Below are positions 36,078 through 48,865 of a DNA stretch of 64,000 bases, one piece after another. The notes beneath the pieces were generated by a model. That model saw nothing but the letters and a program-made list of their open reading frames with translations, was not told the DNA's origin and made no database searches. Each line of letters begins with the position of its first letter. The stretch's first letter is position 1. Source of the DNA: Guillardia theta CCMP2712 (taxonomy: Eukaryota; Protista; Cryptophyta); contig NW_005434464.1 of NCBI RefSeq assembly GCF_000315625.1, positions 1 to 64,000 on the forward strand. The letters run 5' to 3'. The translations under genes were made by a program, and so were the position numbers.

Positions 36078-38087
36078 ATGAAGGAGGAGGGGAGGGAGGA
36101 GGGAGGTACAAAGGAGCTGGTCGTCAATGTCAGCTCCTGTCAATATCAAATTATCAGAACGTGTGCAGAGAAGATGGGTTGGCGACATATAGAAGATTCA
36201 CTTTATACATCTGATGATCGCGCACATTATCAACTGTATTGGTCTGATCGATCTATAACGAGAACACGGATGAAAAAGCTTGCATGTGAACAAACAGCGA
36301 ACCATTTCCCCGGCATGGTTTGTCTGACATCCAAAAGCCAACTCGCAGCAAACCTTGCAAAGATGCAGAGAGTTTGCCCTGAGGAATATGATTTCGTTCC
36401 GAGGACCTGGGTGCTCCCTGACGAGTACGCAGCCTTCCGACAAGATTTCAAGAAGATGAGAAGCCAAGAGAACGACGAGATGATGTTCATCGTGAAACCA
36501 GAGAGAGGATGCCAGGGCAAGGACATCTTTCTGACCAAAACTGCGGACGAAGAAGCCATCGAAAGTGCTTTCTGGAACCTTGGAGACGCGCTCGTTGTGC
36601 AAGAGTACATTCAAGATCCTCTCCTCGCAGACGGCCACAAGTTCGACCTCCGACTGTACGTGCTGGTCACATGCTGTGATCCCCTTAGAATCTACCTCTA
36701 CAAGGATGGCCTTGTACGATTCTGTACTGAGCCGTATGAGATAGCGAACCAAGCGAACAAGGATTGGCACTACATGCATCTGACTAACTACTCTCTGAAC
36801 AAGAACAACACCCTCCGATTCCTAGAGAGCAAAGACCCGCAGGACGCGAAGCAGGGATCGAAGCGAAGGCTCTCTATCTTCTTCGAGCATCTTAGGGAAG
36901 GCGGTCACGACGTTGATGCCTTATGGCTCCGGCTAGAGGAGCTCACAGTGAAGGCGCTGATAGCCGTTCAGCCACTTCTCGCTCACTTCCATCAGATGTG
37001 CAGACCCTCCGACAAGTTTGGGGACAGAAGCTTCGAGCTACTTGGCATGGACGTTCTGGTGGACAGAAACTTGAAGCCATGGCTGCTCGAGTTTAACCAC
37101 TCTCCCTCCTTTCACTGTGAGCACGTGGTAGACCAGCTCGTCAAGGAGCCGCTGGTCTCCGACACGTTTCGCATTCTCAACGCAAAGCTGGAATATAGGA
37201 AGAGGATGAAAATGAGACGCGAGGATGTTTCGGATGAAGAGATGAGTGGAGATGACTACCAAATCCTTCATAAGATGCAGCGAGCGATGGGTGGACACGA
37301 GGAGTCGTCCGACTTGATTCGAGCGAGTGTGAAGGAGTTCGATATGGACCGCCCACGCTTCGAACCCCCTTTCACCGAGAGGTACATGTGGGTGGGCAGG
37401 AGCGAGGAAGAGACGAAGGACTGGCAGCAAGCGGAGGAGGAAAATGACCTGCGGAACAGCGGCAACTTTGTCAGATGCTTCCCTCCTGCCAGGGAAGGCA
37501 ATGAGACGCTGGAACTCAAATTTGAGCAGCTGTCCAAGGTAGCGCATCAGTGCCACCAAAAGCTGCTGGCAAGAGAACAAGAGAATCTTTCCGACATCGA
37601 CGAGAATGAGATGTTTCTGAGTGACTCTTCTGACTGCGATTCTGTTGCTGCCCTTCATCCCTTGCAAGAGGATGTAAAGGAGGACGACACCAGCGAAGGG
37701 AGGAACAGGAAGGAAGATGCTTCTGCAGACGCTCTACAGGGCTGGAAATTGTTCTTCATGAGGAACGTGTCCTTCTTCTTCACCATTGGGATTCCGTTCC
37801 CTCCTTTGATGATCCTTTTCTTTCTCGTGGTTAGAAATCTCAAGCTCGTGGACCAAGAAGCCGTCCTTTGGTGCGGAGTCAGCAAGGTGGTGCTCTGGTT
37901 TCAGATCCCGCTGGCAGCGCTCGTTCTATTCGCGTACTTGTACATGGAGTACCTAACGGCAGAGATCATGAGCGGAAAGAACAGCATTCCCTTCGATGAG
38001 TACATCGAGAAGCTGCGCAGAGAGGAGGGGGCGAAAGCCCAACAGCCTCCTCCAACCTCCCATTACTGCGGGGGCAAATTTTCATGA
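36078..38087 (+). CDS. Tubulin-tyrosine ligase-like protein (polyglutamylase-type) with hydrophobic C-terminal segments
   Basis: NHFPGM, FVPRTWVLP, FIVKPERGCQGKDI, KFDLRLYVLVT, GLVRFCT, MHLTNYSLNK, FELLGMDV, PWLLEFNHSPS. Confidence 0.93.
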   Translation: MKEEGREEGGTKELVVNVSSCQYQIIRTCAEKMGWRHIEDSLYTSDDRAHYQLYWSDRSITRTRMKKLACEQTANHFPGMVCLTSKSQLAANLAKMQRVCPEEYDFVPRTWVLPDEYAAFRQDFKKMRSQENDEMMFIVKPERGCQGKDIFLTKTADEEAIESAFWNLGDALVVQEYIQDPLLADGHKFDLRLYVLVTCCDPLRIYLYKDGLVRFCTEPYEIANQANKDWHYMHLTNYSLNKNNTLRFLESKDPQDAKQGSKRRLSIFFEHLREGGHDVDALWLRLEELTVKALIAVQPLLAHFHQMCRPSDKFGDRSFELLGMDVLVDRNLKPWLLEFNHSPSFHCEHVVDQLVKEPLVSDTFRILNAKLEYRKRMKMRREDVSDEEMSGDDYQILHKMQRAMGGHEESSDLIRASVKEFDMDRPRFEPPFTERYMWVGRSEEETKDWQQAEEENDLRNSGNFVRCFPPAREGNETLELKFEQLSKVAHQCHQKLLAREQENLSDIDENEMFLSDSSDCDSVAALHPLQEDVKEDDTSEGRNRKEDASADALQGWKLFFMRNVSFFFTIGIPFPPLMILFFLVVRNLKLVDQEAVLWCGVSKVVLWFQIPLAALVLFAYLYMEYLTAEIMSGKNSIPFDEYIEKLRREEGAKAQQPPPTSHYCGGKFS

Positions 38088-38123
38088 TGTAAAGATTGTA
38101 TAATCAGGAAGGACTTGAAATTG

Positions 38124-38201
38124 TACGGGTCTAGGAATGAGTATCGATGTACGAGTCTAGGAATGGGTATCTATATACGAGTCTAGGAATGGGTATCTAT
38201 G
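38124..38201. repeat. 26-bp tandem repeat x3 between convergent genes
   Basis: tacg(a/g)gtctaggaatg(g/a)gtatc(t/g)at(a/g) x3. Confidence 0.9.
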
Positions 38202-39093
38202 TGGTCTGTTTGTGCTTCATCTGGCGAACCTGCGGGCGCTTGTGAGTACGATGGAAGAGGATGAGGGGGAGCAAGGAGGGGGGAGAGAGAACCTTGGCTT
38301 CGATGTCCCTCACGAGCTCGAACTTGGAGAATGAAACGAGCGCATTGATTGCCGCTCTTCTCACCTTTTCATCTGTCTCGTTTCCTGCGATGTCAGCTAT
38401 GCAGATGGTGGTGCGAAGGTCATTCTCCTCAGCTATGGCTGCCAGTGCTTGAATACCCGCGATCCGCAGCTCGGGCGAGTGCTTGAAGCTCGGCTCAACA
38501 GGGCGCATGGATCGGTAGTGGAGGCCATGCACCTTCGGGTGAGGGTAGGAAGCGTCTCCTGGGTTCGTCGGATCCTTTCTGCAGTGTCCATTAAGTTGAG
38601 CGACGATTGCTTGGATGACAGTCCTGTCTCCCCTGCGAGCCACGTGGACGAGGAGGTCCAGAGCGGCAAGTCGGACGTGCAAGTCGCTGTCTTGCAGGTG
38701 GATAATCGCCTTCGACACCACCATTGGCTGCCCAATGGGCGCGCGTGCCTTGAGATCCTGCATGGCTCTCACCCGCCTAGCTGGTTCGGGATCTTCTGTG
38801 GTTGTAAGACCCTTGAGGAGGCTGCCTGAAATGTCTGGCCGGCCTTCACAGATTCCTTCAACTTCCCTTCTCATCCAGTCCTCTTGCCTTCTCGTCTCTT
38901 CATGTTTCCTCTCTCGCCCTTCCTGACTCTCTCCTCCTCTCCCCCCTCCCTCCTCTCCTCTCCCTCGACTTCTCCTGCTCTCTCCAGCTACCCCTGCTCT
39001 AATCGCTGTCTTGTGCATCATGTCCGTTGAACTCCGTTTTCCCTTCTTTCTTTCTTTTTTTCTTTTACGCATTCTTTTTTTCCGAAAGGGCAT
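38197..39093 (-). CDS. HEAT-repeat protein
   Basis: LQDSDLHVRLAALDLL, ETDEKVRRAAINAL. Exon structure is uncertain. Confidence 0.55.
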   Translation of the reverse strand: MPFRKKRMRKRKKERKKGKRSSTDMMHKTAIRAGVAGESRRSRGRGEEGGGRGGESQEGRERKHEETRRQEDWMRREVEGICEGRPDISGSLLKGLTTTEDPEPARRVRAMQDLKARAPIGQPMVVSKAIIHLQDSDLHVRLAALDLLVHVARRGDRTVIQAIVAQLNGHCRKDPTNPGDASYPHPKVHGLHYRSMRPVEPSFKHSPELRIAGIQALAAIAEENDLRTTICIADIAGNETDEKVRRAAINALVSFSKFELVRDIEAKVLSPPSLLPLILFHRTHKRPQVRQMKHKQTT

Positions 39094-39510
39094 CATGATC
39101 TCTCCGCCGCTCTTCGCGCTCTTCTCGGTAGGTCTGAGGGAGGGAGGAAGAGAGTATGCGAGGATGGCGCGAAAAATTCCTCCTCTCGCTCCTCTCGCTA
39201 CAGTCATGCTCCTCCCACAACGACGCTCCTTCTCCTCCTTCCAACCCCAACACCTCGTTACTTCTTCACTGACTTTACTTCCTCCTCCTCACTTCCTTTC
39301 TTCTCTTGTCTATTCATCTCTGGTGTGCCCTCTCTTCTATATTTTCCCACTGGTGTCTGCACGTTTCTTATCACCATATCTCACCATATCTCATCCTACC
39401 ATATGTTATGATCGTGTCTCACTCAATTACTCGCACGAGCACTTGTCAAGATCCTTTATCGTGTTTCATCACGATCAAGGGAGTGCTTCATCGTTCTTTT
39501 TGATTGTTTG

Positions 39511-39900
39511 CATGTCAATCCACTGCATTCAAAACCTCGTTGTGCTGACTGTCTCCCCAGTTCACTCAGCAGCGTGACGCCGTCTATCCCAATGTGCCGG
39601 GAGCTTACTACTGGACTGAGGTCTACTCTCTACCCCCTGCCCCTGCCCCTGCCCTTGCTCCCTTTCATCCTAGGGCTCATCGTTCTCATCTTCCTGACCT
39701 TGGAGCTGCAGGACAACTTCTACAACGGTCCCATGAGAGGATGGGGCAGAGATACACAGCACGAGGCAGGCATCCCTATCGATGCAAAGGCCGTCCAGCC
39801 AAACTCTGTGTACAACGACTACGGCGTGCCAATGATTGGAGCCTTTGCTCCTGTCAACACCTACGTCTACGAGCCGAACTGGCACCCTGACGCTATCTGA
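39511..39900 (+). CDS. Small hypothetical protein (last exon DNFYNGPMRGWG...WHPDAI)
   Basis: Coding-like codon bias after the acceptor at about 39710. Upstream exons are uncertain. Confidence 0.35.
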   Translation, partial: HVNPLHSKPRCADCLPSSLSSVTPSIPMCRELTTGLRSTLYPLPLPLPLLPFILGLIVLIFLTLELQDNFYNGPMRGWGRDTQHEAGIPIDAKAVQPNSVYNDYGVPMIGAFAPVNTYVYEPNWHPDAI

Positions 39901-41366
39901 GGATTCTTGCTCCAGCAAGCAGAGGAATGAAGTTGCTACGTGTGAACACTCTTAGACACAAGGCGGCCTCGACTCGATGGTCTTTAACGACAAGCACCCA
40001 AACATGCTCCGCTGCCATGGCACTTAAAGATGCCTGCTCTCAATCCGATGCTTCACCACAGCCCGACCTTCACTATGCTCCATTGCCTTCCAACCATCCT
40101 TCACATGACCTAGCTTCATTGGCCACGAAGTGCATGAGCGATAACGTGGCAGAGAGCTCCAAACACAACATTTCTATTTACATCTACACACACACATTCT
40201 CATTTCTGAGGACACCCATACAACGTGGACTGAGTGTACGAAGGTACTCCGAGCTGCAAGATGATGTTTTGAAGAGTCCTGAAAGAAAGTCAAACTTATG
40301 TCTCGTCCGTCGCACATCTTCCTCCTCTCAACCTCCTTCTCCTCTTCAGTCCTCTCCTGCCAAATACTTGCTCCCTCTGCCCTCTCCATCACTCACTGAT
40401 AGTTGGAGCCACCGTCGCAGGTGCTCAGGATGAAGGGGCTGATGATGAAGGCTTTCAAAGTAGTCTCATTCTTGGAGGAGGAGAAGATGGCAAAGTTCAG
40501 CTTGTCTGTGTATTTGACCATCCTGCTTCCCGCTGGTCGGTGTTCACCCTGCACAAGCACGCATGGTAGTGTTCCAGCAGCGCTCGGGCCTAAGAGAGCA
40601 GCTGCGCTACAGGAGTAGAAAGAGGAGGAGAAAGATCCCTCGAGCAGGTCAGGCGGAGAGATGCTGACGAGAGAAAACCTTCCGTCGTATCCTCCACTGC
40701 TGGACGCATTGAACACACGTGTTTTGAGGGCGTTGAGGGTAACTGACGCTGCAATGGCTGTCTATCCATCACTATCACAACCATCAAGTGAGATCGACTT
40801 ACGAATCGTCCACTGCAAGGCACAGCAAGGCTGACCTGCCATGGTGATCATGAGCTGATATGAGACAGGAATGTCGCCTCCTACCGCAGCTTCCACAATC
40901 TTCTCTGCACGACATGTCTTGGTAGAAAGTTCCACAACCAGCAGTGCCAACTGCCCCTGCTCCACTGACGAGCATCAACAACACTGCAGCTAGTTTATCC
41001 AATTTTTCAGTCGTCTTCATCTTCATCTTCATCTTCATCTTCATCTTCATCGTCATCTTCATCTTCTTTGCTCCCTCCCTCCCTTCGCACGTCCTTACAC
41101 ACAATTCCCGACAGCCATCGTCGTCAGGCCAACCCCACCCCCATGTATGTTCATTCAATTGAACACTACCCTCTCTTAGATCACTACCCCAGAGGCACAA
41201 GACTACCCCTGACATTCAAGTTTGAACCCCCGTTCATAGGGTAATTGATCTTAGGGGAACCCCGTGTAATCAGTACCCTACCCCGCATTTTCCATTTTCG
41301 TTGGCCACGTTCATTCCCACCCCCCTATCGGTCCTCACCTACCCCCATATCCAGCCTGACAACAGC

Positions 41367-42490
41367 ATGGCGTCCAAGGGAGGAGCGGCGGCGGCGGCGG
41401 CGGGTCCTCGGGTAGTGACTGGCATGATCCGGCTGACAGTCCCAGCGGGAAAGGCAACTCCTTCTCCTCCCATCGGTCCAGCTCTAGGTTCGTTCTCCTC
41501 CTCTATCTCCTCCTCCTCCCTCTTCCCCCATCCTCGTCTCCCCCATTTCTTTCCGCCCCTTGCTCTGTTTCCACATTCTCCTGCCTTCCAGGCTACTGTA
41601 CTGCATCTCCCCTTTGCTCAGCTCTCTCATATTCTTGATGCCTGCCGATTGCATCACCTTGCACATCAGCCATTCACATCCTTTCCATCCCCATCCCCAT
41701 CCTCGTGCCAGGCCCCCATCGCATTCCCCACCAGATCTTTCAACTGAACACTTTCTCTGCTGCTTCTCTCTCTCACCTTCCTCCTCTCTGACGCCATCTC
41801 CTTCTCCATTGTTATTCGGTTCATCTGCCCTCAAACTTAAAACGACATCCTCCTCTTCCTCAGGATCTACTGCTTCTGTCCTCCTACCTTTCTCTCTCCT
41901 TCTCCCTTCTTCCGTCTTCAACCTCCATTACCCTCCCTTGCTGTCTAGTGCGCTTGCTCAAACTCTCCTGCTGCTGCTCACTGCGCTCTCTCCTCAATTC
42001 TCTGCTTACAACCTAAACATCCTCGTCCCGTCCGGTCTCTCCTCCATGAAACGATGCTTCCATCCCGCCTATCAGCTGCCGTGCATGTTCAAGTGTCTGC
42101 TCCTCTTGTCTTGCAGTCCTTCGCGACGTCACGTTGAGGTTGGCAGGTCAGAAGGGTCTCAACCTGATGGAGTTCTGCAAGTCTTTCAACGAGAAGACCA
42201 AAGGCATCATCGACAATACTCCCGTCCCCGTTGAGATCACTGCCTACAGCGACCGCACCTTCGAATACTTCATCAAGACCCCGCAAACTAGCTACTTCCT
42301 CAAGAAGGCTGCTGGTATAGCCAAGGGCGCCGACCAGGCCGGCCGCTCCTTCGTGGGCGAGATCTCGGTCAAGAAGATCTATGAGATTGCCAAGATCAAG
42401 CAGCAAGACAAGCAGTTCATCTCCCTCGAGCACTGGTGCTCGCAGATCATGGCGAGTGCCAAGAGCATGGGTTTGAAGGTCGTGAGGTAA
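41367..42490 (+). CDS. MRPL11: Mitochondrial ribosomal protein L11 (exons 41367-41487 and 42147-42490)
   Basis: IRLTVPAGKATPSPPIGPALG|QKGLNLMEFCKSFN...YSDRTF...KTP..SYFLKKAAG...IYEIAKIK; GT-AG intron of 659 nt. Confidence 0.95.
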
Positions 42491-42630
42491 ATCACGGTAA
42501 ACAGATTTCATGAGCAAAGACCCTTCTCTCCTCCTCCTCCTCCTCCTCCTCCTTCATTCATGCCCGAAGCTCAAGCTCTGAGCTAGTTGCACGATCTGCA
42601 TTTTCAGCTGCAAACCACGTCAGAGGAACT

Positions 42631-43159
42631 TCAACCGAAGCAAGGCGGCACCTCCTGATTTCCCGTCTTTGCGGCAGCTCCAGCCAGATGCTTTCCGATC
42701 GTCTGCCGCTGCTCCGTCTGTGCGTTGGCTCCGAGCTCATAGATGAGGTCGACCATCACCTGCCCGCTCTCAGCTGCATCCTCCCACCCTCCTCCAACCT
42801 CCATTCTTGCTCCCCCTCCACCTCCCCTGGCCCATATTCTCTGCCTCCCACGCCCATCCTCTCCCCGCTCGGGAGACCATATCTCGTCCTCACCTCTGAG
42901 TCGGTGATCATCTGCGACGGGAGGGAGATGCTCTTGTCTTGAGTGGCTGCGAGGAAGAGCGCGTCCATCCCACCTGCCGGCGGGTCAGGAGGAGCGAGAG
43001 AACTTTCTGCCTGTACCAAGCAGTCGATCGATGAGGATCTTGCAGAGATTCGCCCACACAACGAGGCTCTGATTGGTCCCTGCGTTATCCTCCTTCACAT
43101 ACTCGTCGTGTCCTCGGCGTAATAGAGCTGGAAGCAATCATGAGTAGTGGCAGAGGCGA

Positions 43160-43193
<34 letters not shown>

Positions 43194-46006
43194 TCAAAGT
43201 CGAACGATGCTGAGGGATGGATGGAGGAAAACTGCAACCTGCTAGTGCCAGAGCTCCGAGCTTGGTACACATCATGAGATGCAGCCCTCCGTCAGTGTAG
43301 GAGTTCATCATCTCCTGCAGAGGCGTCAAAGAACAAGGCAGAGACTTTGTGATGACCTGCAGAACTTGCGAGAGTGTCAAAATATTCAGCGAGTAGACGA
43401 GCTTGACCATGAGCTGCACCACTAGCTCGATTCCTGAACAAGAGAAAATGTCAGTGACGAGAGAAAGACGCGAGTGATCATGACAATGACAATGACAACG
43501 ACAATGACAACGACAATGACAAAAATAGTGATAATGGCAATGACAACAAAGTCTTCTTGGAGAAATCTGATTTAAGACGCATGCACCTGTCGCTTGCTTG
43601 CTGATCGCCATTCCAAAGGCTGTTGGAAGAATGCATCGCAATAGATGATCGAGAATTTCCTTAATCTAGTGAGAGAAGGTGGTGAATAAACATTCTGCAA
43701 CGCATTACAGAGCTGACCTGCTGTGGTGTGAGGAGGTGAAGTCCTCTTAGAATAAGTTTGCATCCTTTCGGAATCAAAATCTGCGAGCAGGTCAAAGTGG
43801 AATAAGAAGGAAAAGTGAACAAAGAAGAACAAAGCACCAAACACCATAGTTGAGAAAAAAAAGGTGTTGAGGGAGTCAATATAGCAGCAGCAGATGTAGG
43901 GTGCAACGCTGAGACGATGAGGGAGAGAGAGGAGAAATCACCAGCTGCTGAAAGAAGTTGTCGGTGTCGAGCTTGCACTCATGCAGAGACAACTGATCTG
44001 CTCCGATCCTGTTCTCTTTGGGGATCTTTTGAGTCCCGTTAACTTGCAATAACTGAAAGTAGTTCGCGACGAGAGCTCCTCGTTGCTATTGAACTTGTCA
44101 TCTCACTACAACATTGACACGTTCCTCTCACATTCACGACTTCGGGGGCAGAAATGATTCCTCTGTCAATGTCTTGAATGGCCAGCAGCTGGGCAACGAG
44201 CAGACGTCACACGAAGAGGAAGAAGAAGCCTGCTGATTCTCACCTTGAGCATGGCGTCCTCGACGCTCCTCCTGACTGCTCGAGGAAGGGCTGAGATCTT
44301 TGACGGAACGTTCATCTTCTCTTCTTCCTCCTGATTCAAAGATTACCGAAAAGTGGCAAGTAAACGCACAGATGCTTACATTCACTTTGACCTCGGGGAG
44401 ATCTTGCTGGAGGACTCGTCCGATCACTTCGCTTCCTTCCTCTGGTGAATTCTCGTGTGCTGATGAATCGCTGCTCGACTCGATCTTAACGAGCTGTCAA
44501 GCTGTTGTCAGCAAGCGGACTTCTTCCCTGATTCGAAACCTGTCTCGGCCTCCTCAAGTCACGCGGAGGCGGACGACCAAGGGCTCCTGAGGAAAACAAG
44601 GTTTGAGAAACGAGGATCGGGGATCATCGAACCAAGACATGGAAGACTTCAAAGCGCACCTTCAAGTGCAACATTTAATCTTGACACACGGTTTCCGATC
44701 AAGGGTCCTGCAGCATGACTTAGACAAGGGTCTCTCTCAGAATACTGGCTCCTACCAGAGAAGTTTGCCCGTTCTCCCTGCTTTGCCAGGAGCATACTGC
44801 AATGCCGTCAGAATCAGACGATTTGGCAAAACATAATAATCACGAGGCATAAACATCTGTGGCAGCAGCATCTCTCAACATGGCCTGATTCTAAGTGAAA
44901 GATATCAGCCGGCTTGAAAGAACTCATGTTTGTCGACACCAACCTGCCTCAAGATGAAGTTAACTTCACTCATCTTCATCCTGGTCTGAGTTGTTGCCGT
45001 CAGTGAAATATTTCATAGCAAGAAGTCACTGTTCTACCCACGACCGACGGAAGAGGGCGTAAGCTCCTTCGTTCGCCATGGCTGCATCGTGATTCTGAGG
45101 GATGGGCATTCTTCCATACGGATCATCCTGTGCTCGCAAGTCGTGCATGGGCATTCCATGATGAGCTTGAGGCTGCCAATAGACGTCAGGGCGGGGCGCA
45201 ACTGAAATTCTTCTAAGACCTGCACGTTGCCAGGAAAGGGATGAGGAAACCCTTTCTGCATCTGACTGGAGGCCAACATCTGCGCCTCAATCTCCATGAG
45301 GGACTTCATAGCCGGAGGGACTCCCATGCCGCCCTGTATGTTGCCATGCGCAGCTCCTCCGTGCATGCCAGCTGGTACCGGACGGCCCATGTGGCCCATA
45401 GGGATATCGCGAGGAGCAAGCCCAGGATGAGGGACACCAGGCTGCTGGAAAAACTTTTGCTGGTCCATGGAAGGAGGAACTTGAAATCCAGGCATGGGAG
45501 GTGCGTGAAAGGGATGCGAATGCTCCGGTCTCCCCGGCTCATTGCGCACCCCGCTGCCGATAGCAGAGAAAGCATGGTGAGCAGCGAGATTATCAAGCGG
45601 CAGGTCCCTCGAAGCAGAGGAGAAGAATCTCTCCTTATCATGCAGATCAGACATGCTCTCCTGCAACATCTGCGGCGTCATCAGCCGCGGCTTGCCAGAC
45701 TCCCCTAGCAACGGCGGGGCCGTGGGAAGCGACGGGAAAGCAAAATTCTCATCGCGCTGCACAGGAGCAGAGCCGCCATTCGGCGGCTTGACTCCCCTTG
45801 CCGCTTCCTGCAAGATATCAACCTTGGTGAAGGTCATGGCTGAGAGATCCGAGATATCAGCAGGGGCGCCCTGGCAATGAAAGGTCAGCAAGGGTCATTC
45901 AAGGGCAGATCAATGAAAATACAGGATCGTCCCATCCATCATCGCCAAATGTCTCGTCGTTGTAGGCATCGGCATCGTCTGCATCGAGTACATCGTTGCG
46001 ATTCAT
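42631..46006 (-). CDS. PAT1: PAT1/PATL1-like mRNA decapping activator (multi-exon)
   Basis: N-terminal DADAYNDETFG, Pro/Gln/Met-rich region with KSLMEIEAQM, mid-domain TDVYASDYY and GALGR...RRPRQ, helical C-terminus. Confidence 0.7.
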
Positions 46007-46842
46007 CCAAGTTTGTGGAATGTCCATGGTTGTAACAGGAAGAATGAACAGTAGCCAAGAGGGGGGTGCACACTCTGGTAAACTGGAAGACAGCTGACCG
46101 CTACAATATGGCGCTAGTCAGATCAATAAAGCGTGAGTTCCAAGAAAACTTCAATCCACAACTCAGTAATGAGCGACAAGAGTATTCCACGGTATTTGCT
46201 CCCAACGGCTTGCAATCCAGATGACTGACGCACAGGACGGAAGCACACGGGCGAGGTAGAAGGAGGTTGGACTGCAGGCAACAGGTCCTTCCCTAGGAGG
46301 TCATGGCCTGTCTTGGTTCTTAAGCCTCCTCCTCTTATGTTTCCTCCTCCTCCTCCTCCTCCTGCTCGTCTCAGCTCTAGCTTCTCCCTCCCTCCGCTGC
46401 CGCCATCCCCGCGTGCCCAGCCCTGACACCGACCACCCCTACCCTGCTAGACAACCTGCAATCACCCCCACCTCCCAAAAGGTCTGAACAAAAATACCCA
46501 CCCCTGGTCAATTGACCTGAGGCGATCCCCATCTCCATTTTGGCTATATGTGTGCAACCTTGATGCATTTTTACTATCATCATACCCGATAAATATCTGT
46601 ACTATGATTTCCTCCTCTACCTCTGTTTCCCCTGCGATTCTACTACCCGACATTCACAGGCCTGCCCTACCAGACCCACCCACCCCTAACAAATCAAACA
46701 GCCTCCTCTCAAGCACCGGCTTCCTCGCTTGCCCTCCTCCCCACTATCGCCCAGGTCATCTGGGGGCTCCGGGCCGCCGAGCGACCCGGCAAATTCCAAA
46801 GTTTGACTGAAAATTTCGAAAATGGCAGGGAGAAGTTGAGGG

Positions 46843-48442
46843 ATGATGGCGGCTGGACGGCAGCAGCTGATGGTGCTAATGCTGTGGAGCTCGCTCATGG
46901 GAGTTCCTCTGTGCTGTGAAAACAAGGGAAATGCTGAAACGTTTCAAAGACAGTTGAAAACATGGCTGATCAACGTTGCGGCCACTGCCCAGCCCTCGAT
47001 GCTGAGGATCAAGGGAGGTTTAGACAGGGATTCTCTAACAAATAAAATACCTCAGATCAGAGAAGACGATTGTACCCAGAAGGGCTCTGCTTCAGGTAAT
47101 CGGGATGTGGACTTGGATGAACTGCTTCAAATGAAGCTATCATCCATTCGTAAGCAAGGCCACCATGTATCACGAGTTTTCAACCAGCATAGGGAGTCGG
47201 TAGAACGCCAAGTCCAACAGTATGGCACAGACACGGAATGCATCAAGGATCTTGACTCTTCGAATGCGACTTTGTCGAGAATTTTGCAGATCCCATGCTT
47301 CACGAGTGACGAGAAATTGTTGCAAAAGTTGGAAAGTTTCAAGAGCACCCTAGAATCACTGAACAGTCTGGCGAAAAATCGTGATGAAGGCGCTCATCAG
47401 GATGGAGAGAAAGGCAATCAAGGAATGTTAGACTTGTTGGCTGACTTGAAATCTGACAACCTTATGGAAGACGAAAACCCTGAAGATGTCCGGGCGGAGT
47501 TGAACAGAATCCTTGATGCTTTCGAGTTTGGAAAGGAATACAATGAGAAAGTGAACCAGATCAGGCCATCCTCCGACCAGGTCTTGTTTTGGCGGTCTGT
47601 CTTTGATTCCGATACTCCAAAAATCATATCTCTGCTGAGATCCAGAAAGATCGATGTCAATTTGCCCGACCCTTCCAACCTTCTGCACTCTTGTGCCTTT
47701 CATGTGGCAGTAACTTTCAACGACACTTTGACGGTGGAAATTCTCCTAAATCATGGAGCGAGCCCCCATGTTCTCGACAGAAATCTCGAAACTCCATTGC
47801 ATTATGCCTCCCGATATTGCTACCCGGAAATTGCAAAGATGCTCATGCAGAAGTACTCTATGAATCCATCGGTAGTCAACCAGTATGGGCAGAACAGTCT
47901 TCATCTTCTTTTGGATTGGACAGAGGCGGCAAAAGATGAGAAGGCGCTGGAGAGGAACATCAGTCAGCTCGAACTGACGTTGCACTACCTCAGCGCTGGC
48001 GTCGACCCCAACGCTGTAGATTACAGGGGGTGGACTCCGCTGCATTATGCTGGTCAGTCATTGGCGGTTTGCGATGTGGCCTATATTTAACAACAGTCGT
48101 TAGCCAGGTGGGACCGACGAGAAGTTATCATCCTCCTTCTACAAGCCGGCGCCTCCGTCAACACATTGACCGGCGACGGGCATACACCTCTCGACTGGGC
48201 GTACGAGGCATGGTCGAGACGGTCTGTCGGGGTGCTTGAAGAGGCCGGAGCGATCCGAAGCCTCCAAGGCTCCCGATCTGTTTGGGAAAAGCATGGTGTT
48301 CCTCATTTCGTGAAAGAATTCGGGACTCCAGAAGCGGTACACGCGTTTGCTGATTCTGCGAATGTTTACTGGATTCAATTAACCCCTTCTTTGTAGGTAA
48401 AGCAAAATCCCTTGGTAAAAATGTCAAATGAAGTGCGATTGG

Positions 48443-48512
<70 letters not shown>

Positions 48513-48627
48513 AAACGTTACGCCTGATCTCGACGACGACTTTCTGGAAGAGTTGAGCTTGAGCGAATTGAAAAGCAATTTGTCATCATTGGATGAAAGC
48601 CAGGAATGGAGCTCGGAGTCGCAGTAA
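46843..48627 (+). CDS. Ankyrin-repeat protein with an N-terminal signal peptide
   Basis: ETPLHYAS, GQNSLHLL, GWTPLHYA, GHTPLDWA; hydrophobic N-terminus; (EQ)n tract from a GAGCAG repeat. Confidence 0.85.
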
Positions 48628-48865
48628 CGAGACTCAGACATAGGCTCGGCGAGTCGGGCATGGCCTGAGATAAAGCGAACTTCGGACTCGCCGCCGAAGT
48701 AAGCGTCGTCAAGAGCCCCCGCCGCCGGCGGTCGCGGCGGCCCCGGCTCAGTGCCGGGCCGCGCTAGACTCCGGGGCCCCGGCACGGCGGCTGACAGTGA
48801 GTGGCAGCCCGGCGGTGTCCGGCGGTGCTCAGCCCGGCCTGGCGGGACTCTCACTGACTGAGCCT

